Shown: positions 57,281-64,000 of the stretch, piece by piece
Layout of the letters: the number at the start of each line of letters is the position of its first letter
How positions within the stretch are numbered: the first letter of the stretch is position 1
NCBI GenBank assembly: GCA_964408795.1
Contig: CAYPAW010000058.1
Coordinates: forward strand, 7,018 to 71,017
Length of the DNA stretch: 64,000 bases
Reading direction: 5' to 3'
Source of the DNA: an uncultured Mariniphaga sp.
Lineage (GTDB): Bacteria > Bacteroidota > Bacteroidia > Bacteroidales > Prolixibacteraceae
Notes under the pieces: generated by a model
The model's database searches: none
What the model was told of the DNA's origin: nothing
The model's input: the letters and a program-made list of their open reading frames with translations, nothing else
Position numbers and translations under genes: made by a program

Positions 57281-58528
57281 ATGACTTTTAACGAATTTGA
57301 TCTCAGCAGGGAAATACTGGATGCCATAGGATACATGGGATATCAGCAAGCCACACCGGTCCAGGAACAAGCCATTCCGGTTATTCTGAAAGGGAAAGAT
57401 CTGATTGCGTGTGCCCAGACCGGCACGGGCAAAACGGCTGCTTTTCTGCTTCCCATTCTGGAATTTCTCCATAACCGGAAGAGACACCACACCAGTACCC
57501 TCGTTATTGTGCCAACCCGGGAACTGGCCATTCAAATAGACCAACAAGTCCAGGGAATGTCGTACACCCTGGATGTTACCTCCATAGCCGTTTTTGGAGG
57601 CGGTGACGGCGATGATTGGGGACAACAAAAAAAAGCCCTTACACGGGGAGCCGATATCATCGTAGCCACCCCGGGAAAACTGATTTCACACCTCAATATG
57701 GGATATGTGAAATTTGACAAACTCGAATACCTGGTTCTTGATGAAGCCGACCGAATGCTCGATATCGGTTTTTACGATGATATCCTCAAAATCATTTCTT
57801 TCATTCCGAAAAACCGGCAAAGTATGATGTTCAGTGCCACCATGGCTCCGAAAATCAGAGAATTGGCGAAAAGAATCCTGAAAGAACCGGTGGAAATCAA
57901 CATTGCCATTGCCAAACCCGCGGAAGGTGTCCTTCAGGCAGCCTACCTGGTTCATGATGCCCATAAAATTAAACTGATCAATCACCTGATTGCCCATAAA
58001 CCGGAGTATAAAAGCATTTTGATCTTCTGCTCCACAAAAAAGAAAGTAGCGGAAATAGAAAAAACCCTCAGAAACAAACAGTATAGAGTACGCAGCATTT
58101 CGTCAGACCTCGACCAGGAAAAACGGGAAGAGGTACTGCTGGATTTCAAATCCCGGAAGACACGGGTCCTGGTTGCTACCGACGTGATGAGCCGCGGTAT
58201 CGATATCAAAGAAATCCACCTGATCATCAATTTTGATGTCCCCCAGGATGCCGAGGATTATGTACACCGTGTAGGCCGTACAGCCCGCGCCGATGCTACC
58301 GGAATAGCCCTGACTTTCGTGAATGAAGATGATATGGGCCGTTTCCAACGAATCGAACAACTCATAGAACGCGAAGTGCTTAAACTCCAAACACCCCATG
58401 AGCTAGGAGATAGTCCTGAATGGAACCCCCAAAAAGCCAACAGTGCCGGAAAAAGAAATTTTAAACGGAGCGGGAAAAAACACAACCCATCCAACGATAG
58501 AAAACGAAAATTCAAAAGAAAACAGTAA
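57281..58528 (+). CDS. DEAD-box ATP-dependent RNA helicase (RhlE-like)
   Basis: Q-motif, AQTGTGKTAAF, PTRELA, DEAD, SAT, HRVGRTARA, and a basic C-terminal tail. Confidence 0.93.
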   Translation: MTFNEFDLSREILDAIGYMGYQQATPVQEQAIPVILKGKDLIACAQTGTGKTAAFLLPILEFLHNRKRHHTSTLVIVPTRELAIQIDQQVQGMSYTLDVTSIAVFGGGDGDDWGQQKKALTRGADIIVATPGKLISHLNMGYVKFDKLEYLVLDEADRMLDIGFYDDILKIISFIPKNRQSMMFSATMAPKIRELAKRILKEPVEINIAIAKPAEGVLQAAYLVHDAHKIKLINHLIAHKPEYKSILIFCSTKKKVAEIEKTLRNKQYRVRSISSDLDQEKREEVLLDFKSRKTRVLVATDVMSRGIDIKEIHLIINFDVPQDAEDYVHRVGRTARADATGIALTFVNEDDMGRFQRIEQLIEREVLKLQTPHELGDSPEWNPQKANSAGKRNFKRSGKKHNPSNDRKRKFKRKQ

Positions 58529-58641
58529 CCCGGCATCCCCTCTTGATTCCTGGCATCAAATCAGGTTCAGACTGGCACAATATTTACCCAATGATTATCA
58601 GTCTTTATGAGCAATGAAATAAGAATCCTGTTGACTGGATA

Positions 58642-59421
58642 CTAGTAGACCGGCATCACCCATTTTTCGGTGGGTTCGTATTTGCTGGCGCTGGCCCAGC
58701 GGATCCCGCGTTTCAGGATCTCCAGGGCTTCAGGCACATCAAAATCGGCCGCCACGTGGCCCAGCGAAGAGTAGAACACCCTGCCTTTTCCATAGTTTTT
58801 TTTCCAGACTACCGGCATCACACACCCCTCAATCCAGGAAGCATGGTCGCCATTAAAAGTGGTCGTTGCCAACACCTTCACATTTGGGTCGACATGCATA
58901 TAATACTGTTCGCTGTGCATGGAAAAATCCGAAAGCCCCCGGGTTACCGGGTCTTTCTTATCGGTGATTTTCACGGTATAATCAATAACGCCTCCGGGGT
59001 GAGCCACCCACTGGCCTCCCACCATGAACTGATATTCCGTATTCTGGCGAAATGCATCGGCCAGGCCACCGTGCCAGCCGGCAATACCACACCCATTTTG
59101 AACGGCCTGCAGCAAGCCCTGTTCCTGTTTACTGCTGATTTCCGACATGGTGAAAACCTGAATAACCAGATCTACCTGATCCATGTACTCTTTATCGGTG
59201 TATTTTTCCAGGTTATTATAAACATTCACTTCGGCACCTTCGGATTTCATCCAGGGAACCAGGATGTCTACACACTGTTTGGGCTCATGGCCTTCCCAGC
59301 CCCCGTAAACAACCAGGATCCTGCGCCCCTGTAAACCCGGTAAATCTTGAGCCACCGCCGTTAACGGAATCAGCCAACTTAAAAACAGCCAATACTTTAG
59401 AAAAAACTTTAATCGTATCAT
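58642..59421 (-). CDS. ThuA domain-containing protein, secreted
   Basis: Signal peptide; [14 protein letters not shown]...VFTMSEI...GWHGG...[18 protein letters not shown]. Confidence 0.8.
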   Translation of the reverse strand: MIRLKFFLKYWLFLSWLIPLTAVAQDLPGLQGRRILVVYGGWEGHEPKQCVDILVPWMKSEGAEVNVYNNLEKYTDKEYMDQVDLVIQVFTMSEISSKQEQGLLQAVQNGCGIAGWHGGLADAFRQNTEYQFMVGGQWVAHPGGVIDYTVKITDKKDPVTRGLSDFSMHSEQYYMHVDPNVKVLATTTFNGDHASWIEGCVMPVVWKKNYGKGRVFYSSLGHVAADFDVPEALEILKRGIRWASASKYEPTEKWVMPVY

Positions 59422-59649
59422 ACCATTCCATTTTATTGTACAACCGGAGCCCCACGATGATGCTCCGGCCCCTTACGGATCTCAAAGATAAAACAATTTT
59501 GATTTATCGCCGGCACAAAGTTTTCCCCTTTTCTTTCTACCTTTGTTTTGCAAACCGGAAAGTATAGAAAAACGCCGGGGTTTCAGAAAAGTCGATCAAC
59601 CATTGACAGGGATCCTGAAACCATTCAGTCAATACAGCAAGTATGGAAA

Positions 59650-59711
59650 TTGAACATGCATTGATTGCGTTGTATGCCAGATATACAAAATCTTAAATTA
59701 GTTTGATTCAC
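59650..59711 (+). repeat. Conserved upstream element, copy 2 (ends at the mnmA ATG)
   Basis: See 48469-48530. Shared core: ttgaacatRcattgattgcRttRtatRc...gatatac.aaatcttaaatt. Confidence 0.8.
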
Positions 59712-60890
59712 ATGAAGAGGGCCGTTATTGGATTGTCAGGAGGCGTAGACTCCAGTGTAGCCGCTTATTTACTGAAAGAGCAGGGGTATGACCTCATAGG
59801 ATTGTTCATGGTCAACTGGCACGAAAGGGTAGGTTCTCTGACCAGTGCCTGTACCTGGGAAGAGGATGCCCTGATCGCCGAAATGGTCGCTAAAAAACTG
59901 GCTATCCCATTTCATATTGTGGATCTTAGCAAGGAATACAAAAAACGGGTGGTAGACACTATGTTTGCTGACTACCAGGCCGGACGCACACCCAATCCGG
60001 ATGTTCTCTGCAACCGGGAAATAAAATTTGATGCCTTTCTGCATGAAGCCCTGAAGCGGGATGCCGGGTTTGTAGCAACCGGTCATTACTGCAGAAAAGC
60101 AGAGGAAAAAACCGGAGATCACCGTGTTTATAAGCTTCTCACCGGGAAAGATCCCAACAAGGACCAGAGCTATTTTCTGTGCCAGCTAAACCAGCAACAA
60201 CTGGCCAAAGCCCTTTTTCCGGTGGGACACCTCTTAAAATCCGAGGTTCGTAACATAGCCCGCGAACAAAACCTGCCTTCCGCAGAACGTAAAGATTCTC
60301 AGGGGATCTGTTTTATTGGAAAAGTTGACCTTCCGACCTTCCTCCAGCAACAATTGAAACCTAAAACCGGAAACATCATTGCCATTCCGGCCGGATTCAT
60401 GGAAAAGAAAAAACGGGGGGAAGCGGTCACAGACAACTACCGGAAGCTGTGTTATCCTTATCCTTACAAACCCTGGAACGGGAAAGTGATCGGAGAACAT
60501 CAGGGAGCACACTTTTTTACCATTGGCCAACGAAAAGGGCTTCATATCGGAGGGTTTAAAGAGCCTCTGTTTGTGCTTGCAACCGACGTAAAACGAAATA
60601 TCGTCTACGTGGGCGAAGGAAAAAACCACCCGGGACTGTACCGCCCCGGACTATTTATAGCGAAAGAGAATATACACTGGATCCGGGAAGACCTGAAAAT
60701 GAAGCCGGGAGATCAACAGGATTTCAACATTAGAATACGCTACCGCCAACCTCTGGAGAAAGGAACCATCCATTGCAAAGAGGAAGGATACTACGTCCTC
60801 TTCAGAAAAGAACAACGGGGAATTACCCCGGGCCAATTTGCCGCCTGGTATCGCAATCAGGAATTAATCGGCTCCGGAGTAATTGCGTAA
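59712..60890 (+). CDS. mnmA: tRNA 2-thiouridine(34) synthase MnmA
   Basis: MKRAVIGLSGGVDSSVAAYLL PP-loop; NPDVLCNREIKF; DQSYFL; GICFIG. Confidence 0.95.
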   Translation: MKRAVIGLSGGVDSSVAAYLLKEQGYDLIGLFMVNWHERVGSLTSACTWEEDALIAEMVAKKLAIPFHIVDLSKEYKKRVVDTMFADYQAGRTPNPDVLCNREIKFDAFLHEALKRDAGFVATGHYCRKAEEKTGDHRVYKLLTGKDPNKDQSYFLCQLNQQQLAKALFPVGHLLKSEVRNIAREQNLPSAERKDSQGICFIGKVDLPTFLQQQLKPKTGNIIAIPAGFMEKKKRGEAVTDNYRKLCYPYPYKPWNGKVIGEHQGAHFFTIGQRKGLHIGGFKEPLFVLATDVKRNIVYVGEGKNHPGLYRPGLFIAKENIHWIREDLKMKPGDQQDFNIRIRYRQPLEKGTIHCKEEGYYVLFRKEQRGITPGQFAAWYRNQELIGSGVIA

Positions 60891-60925
60891 CGAACTTATT
60901 GTATTTTAGCACAAAATTTGTTAAT

Positions 60926-61801
60926 ATGGTAAAATCAATGACAGGGTACGGAAAGAGGGAATTTGAATGGGGGACAAAAAGATTTACCCTGGAAATAAAA
61001 ACCCTGAACAGCAAACAACTGGATATCAATACCCGCATACCCCCTATTTACAGGGAAAAAGACCTGGTGATACGCAAAGAGCTTTCGGAAAAACTGATCC
61101 GTGGAAAAGTGGATTTTACGCTTTACATGGAAAACATGGGAGATGAATCCAATGCCACGATCAACGAAACGGTCCTGGTTCATTATTTTCAACAACTAAA
61201 AAAAATCAGTGAAAACCTGGGGCTTCCGGTCAACGAATCAACGCTTGTGAATGCCATGCGGTTGCCTGAAACGGTCAGAACGAAAGCCGAAGAACTGGAC
61301 GAACAGGAATGGCAGGAAATCATGAAAAACATACAAGAAACCCTGCATGCTCTTGATTCTTTTCGTATCCAGGAAGGCCATGCCTTAGCCAGGGATATGC
61401 ATGAAAACAATATCGCCATAGGCAACCTGCTGGACACGATCCAACCGTTTGAGAAAAACCGCATCGAAACCATAAAAAACCGGATTAGGGATAGCCTTGC
61501 ATCTTTGAAAATAAACGGAACCATCGACGATAACCGGTTTGAACAGGAGCTGATCTTCTACACCGAAAAACTGGATATCAATGAAGAAAAAGTACGGCTG
61601 CGAAACCATCTGTCCTATTTTGATGAGGTCCTGAACGCCCCGGAATCGGAAGGCAAAAAACTGGGATTCATATCCCAGGAAATCGGAAGGGAAATCAACA
61701 CCATTGGATCCAAAGCCAACAACAGCGATATTCAACGAATTGTGGTTCAGATGAAAGATCACCTGGAACGAATGAAAGAACAGATAATGAATATATTATA
61801 A
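60926..61801 (+). CDS. yicC: YicC/YloC family endoribonuclease
   Basis: Start MVKSMTGYGKREF (ATG 60926); C-terminal EEKVRLRNHL...GKKLGFISQEIGREINTIGSKAN. Confidence 0.9.
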   Translation: MVKSMTGYGKREFEWGTKRFTLEIKTLNSKQLDINTRIPPIYREKDLVIRKELSEKLIRGKVDFTLYMENMGDESNATINETVLVHYFQQLKKISENLGLPVNESTLVNAMRLPETVRTKAEELDEQEWQEIMKNIQETLHALDSFRIQEGHALARDMHENNIAIGNLLDTIQPFEKNRIETIKNRIRDSLASLKINGTIDDNRFEQELIFYTEKLDINEEKVRLRNHLSYFDEVLNAPESEGKKLGFISQEIGREINTIGSKANNSDIQRIVVQMKDHLERMKEQIMNIL

Positions 61802-61822
61802 AAAACCGCAGGAAAGAATATT

Positions 61823-62401
61823 GTGCAAACGGAATTACCAAAAGGAAAACTGGTCATTTTTTCGGGACCTTCAGGAGCCGGAAAAACAACCCTGGTCAAA
61901 CACCTTCTTCAAGGCAACCCCAAACTGGAATTTTCGGTATCGGCTACAAATCGAACACCCCGACCCAACGAAACCAATGGGAAAGATTACTGTTTTCTTT
62001 CGGAAAAAGAGTTCCGGAACAAAATCAACAACCAGGAATTCATGGAGTGGGAAGAGGTATACCCTGGCACTCTTTACGGAACCTTGAAAAAAGAAGTGGA
62101 ACGGATCCGGGAGAAAGGGAAACATGTCATTTTTGACGTGGATGTAGCCGGGGGATTGAAAATCAAGAAATTTTACGGCCAGGAAGCACTGGCTGTCTTC
62201 ATCATGCCCCCTTCGCTGAAGGAATTGAAAAAACGACTCATATACCGGTCCACCGAAACAGAAGAGAACATGAACAACCGCCTTACCAAAGCTGCCTATG
62301 AGATAAGCTTTGCGGAACAATTCGATCGGGTGCTAATCAACAATAACCTGAAAAAAACTCTCCTGAAGGCAGAAAAAATAGTGCGGAATTTTCTGCAGTA
62401 A
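61823..62401 (+). CDS. gmk: Guanylate kinase
   Basis: GTG start; LVIFSGPSGAGKTTLVKHLL; SATNRTPRPNE..GKDYCF; EWEEVYPGTLYGT. Confidence 0.93.
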   Translation: MQTELPKGKLVIFSGPSGAGKTTLVKHLLQGNPKLEFSVSATNRTPRPNETNGKDYCFLSEKEFRNKINNQEFMEWEEVYPGTLYGTLKKEVERIREKGKHVIFDVDVAGGLKIKKFYGQEALAVFIMPPSLKELKKRLIYRSTETEENMNNRLTKAAYEISFAEQFDRVLINNNLKKTLLKAEKIVRNFLQ

Positions 62402-62578
62402 CCCATCGAGCAATACATTTCCAACCTCCCTTCTCCGGTCTTCGAATTTCGGACTTCCATCTTCTAACCTACTGATATTCAAATTTTATCAGACATATTC
62501 CGTTGGTTCCTTCCAAATTTATAAAAAAAACGTTTATTTATTTTTGCATATAAATATATTTTTTGTATTTTTACTGAA

Positions 62579-62653
62579 CGTTGAATTTCTTCTTTCAACG
62601 GTGTGTTTGGGGGTTAAATGATAAGGGAAACAGAGGTTTCCCTTATTTCTTTT
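62579..62653 (+). ncRNA. Candidate small RNA or 3' UTR module: hairpin 1 plus a strong terminator hairpin
   Basis: cgttgaa (62579-85) pairs with ttcaacg (62594-600). ataagggaaac (62621-31) pairs with gtttcccttat (62636-46), followed by ttctttt. An AT-rich promoter-like stretch precedes it, but there is no clean TTTG/TAnnTTTG pair. Confidence 0.25.
62621..62653 (+). terminator. Rho-independent terminator (11-bp stem, agag loop, U-rich tail)
   Basis: Read directly; 220 nt downstream of the gmk stop. Confidence 0.7.
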
Positions 62654-62715
62654 AACATCCTGACGTTTCAAATGATGATCCCTTTTTATTTTTCAATTCG
62701 TAAAGGATTACCCCT

Positions 62716-62731
62716 CCCGATGTACATCGGG
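62716..62731. repeat. Perfect 16-nt palindrome cccgatgt/acatcggg, followed by a third atcggg half-site (62732-37)
   Basis: Read directly. Confidence 0.85.
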
Positions 62732-62845
62732 ATCGGGATTAAGCATCCTCCTGGGGATGAACATTAACCAGGCTCGTTTTTTTTCTCCCTTATCCAGGAT
62801 CCGAATCCGGTCTTACCTCTAAGATTTCCTACGCACCAGGGACTT

Positions 62846-62882
62846 AAAAACGAAAAAAATCGGGCCTGAATTTTCAGACCCG
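62846..62882 (-). terminator. Terminator for the TPR gene transcript
   Basis: cgggcctgaa (62861-70) pairs with ttcagacccg (62873-82) with one mismatch. On the minus strand it is followed by atttttttcgttttt. Confidence 0.6.
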
Positions 62883-62924
62883 TATGTACAGTTGGTTAAA
62901 AACGTCAGAAACAAGAAAGCTTAG

Positions 62925-62968
62925 CCTGAGCTATTCATAAATTTTAAAAAATATGAATAAAGCTCAGG
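62925..62968. other. 15-bp interrupted hairpin
   Basis: cctgagct+attcata (62925-39) pairs with tatgaat+aa+agctcagg (62952-68), about 95 nt downstream of the TPR gene stop. Confidence 0.6.
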
Positions 62969-63062
62969 TTAACCCCGACTTAGATGAAATTAAACTTTTG
63001 AAGAAAGTTTTACTGAATCTTAGTCGCTGTCGGAGACAGGAATAATTCATGAATTATTCGGG

Positions 63063-63917
63063 TTAGATAGCCAGGTTTTGTTTGCAGGCATCGAGCAGGA
63101 GCTCTGCATTTTGATTGGATGCATCCAGTTGGACGGCTTTTTCCAGAATATCCGCAGCTGCTTTAAATTCCGTTTTGGCTTTTTCAACCTCAGCCGTATA
63201 CGCAGCATCCGTTGTTTTCAGGGTTCCTTCGTTCACTTTCTGATTGGCAGCATTTAACACAGCCACTCCTTTTTTATAAAGGGTATTTCCTTCAGAAACA
63301 TACTCTTTAGCCAGTGCCTGACTCAGTCTTTCATCGCCCGGGAATTTTTCAACTCCCTCCATCAGGGCCTGTTTGTAAGCTGCTTCGTTCCCTTGCTTAT
63401 TGTATACAACCGCCTTGTAATACTGGGCTGTTTCCCCTTTATAGTCTGATGCCACCGACTGGCTGAAAAGTTCAACTGCCTTGTCCAGCATGTTCCCTTT
63501 GTAGGCAGCTATGGCGCCGTTGTATATGGATGCGGCACCCCCATCTTCCGAGGTTTCAGCTGCTTTTTCAAAGCTCTCCACAGCTTTTGCATAATCTTCC
63601 AGTTCATTAAAGCATATTGCTTTGTACTCCCATGCTTTGGAAACATTGGCCCCAACCTCAATGGCTTTATCCAGGTACTCCACCGCCTCACTGAACCTAC
63701 CTGCTTTATACCCGGCATATCCTATGTTAAAATTGATGCTTTCATCCACCTGAACATCGCCCAGGTTATTCATTGCTTCATCATACAGCGTGAAGGCGGT
63801 TGCCCAATCCTGCGATGTCAATGCTTCGTTTGCCCGGTTGATTTTCTCAGCTGCATCCTGACCATGAACCAGCATTACCGAGAAGAGTAAAATTCCAATA
63901 CTTAATCCTTTTTTCAT
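63063..63917 (-). CDS. Tetratricopeptide repeat protein, secreted
   Basis: Signal peptide MKKGLSIGILLFSVMLVHG; repeated A-x-x-Y-x-x-A-x-E TPR-like helices throughout. Confidence 0.8.
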   Translation of the reverse strand: MKKGLSIGILLFSVMLVHGQDAAEKINRANEALTSQDWATAFTLYDEAMNNLGDVQVDESINFNIGYAGYKAGRFSEAVEYLDKAIEVGANVSKAWEYKAICFNELEDYAKAVESFEKAAETSEDGGAASIYNGAIAAYKGNMLDKAVELFSQSVASDYKGETAQYYKAVVYNKQGNEAAYKQALMEGVEKFPGDERLSQALAKEYVSEGNTLYKKGVAVLNAANQKVNEGTLKTTDAAYTAEVEKAKTEFKAAADILEKAVQLDASNQNAELLLDACKQNLAI

Positions 63918-64000
63918 TGTTCCTCTTATTTTTCGTTAGTAATCAATTATCTTTTACTGCCCTTCCTGAACTCACTTCAAAAAACCTTCGTGGCCACCAA

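Noticed and set aside
62618-62776. 52-codon ORF MIRETEVSLISFNILTF...PMYIGIGIKHPPGDEH
   Set aside because: It starts inside the terminator stem and is read through the palindrome. There is no independent support, so it is most likely a by-product of structured non-coding DNA.

Overview
Mostly housekeeping chromosomal segment that looks like Bacteroidota. Supporting signs: a T9SS C-terminal sorting domain, TAnnTTTG-type -7 promoter boxes, no Shine-Dalgarno use, the nusB-DUF1573-yajC-ybbR-coaE gene order, and a thrA/apgM-like/thrC operon. I call about 56 protein genes, including rny, zapA, rplS, floA/nfeD, clpS, bcp, recA, thrA, thrC, corA, dnaX, mobA, nusB, yajC, coaE, folD, ffh, mnmA, yicC and gmk. 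I found no rRNA, tRNA, CRISPR array, transposase or integrase. Eight things need a second look. (1) A family of short-period tandem arrays (GATNTTCR 8-mers, GARCCAG heptamers carrying a CAGGA core, TTTTCAC and GGGAAA units) and a ~50-nt purine-rich module recur directly after stop codons. (2) dnaX is split at an A10 run, so the unshifted frame gives a gamma-sized product and the -1 frame gives full-length tau. (3) A ~100-nt element upstream of folD can form a three-way junction and has local resemblance to THF-riboswitch motifs. (4) A molybdopterin island holds a GPP34(GOLPH3-like)-YdeP fusion, mobA, and a polytopic-membrane/P-loop NTPase fusion, with a second GPP34 gene coupled to a photolyase. 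(5) An unlisted 58-codon ORF encodes a signal-peptide-like leader plus a polyproline tail and has its own terminator. (6) A 65-nt element is conserved at identical spacing upstream of two unrelated genes. (7) CCCGAT..ATCGGG palindromes occur only in intergenic DNA. (8) There is a lipid A remodelling-like cluster. All calls come from reading the sequence and ORF translations by eye; no searches or folding programs were run.
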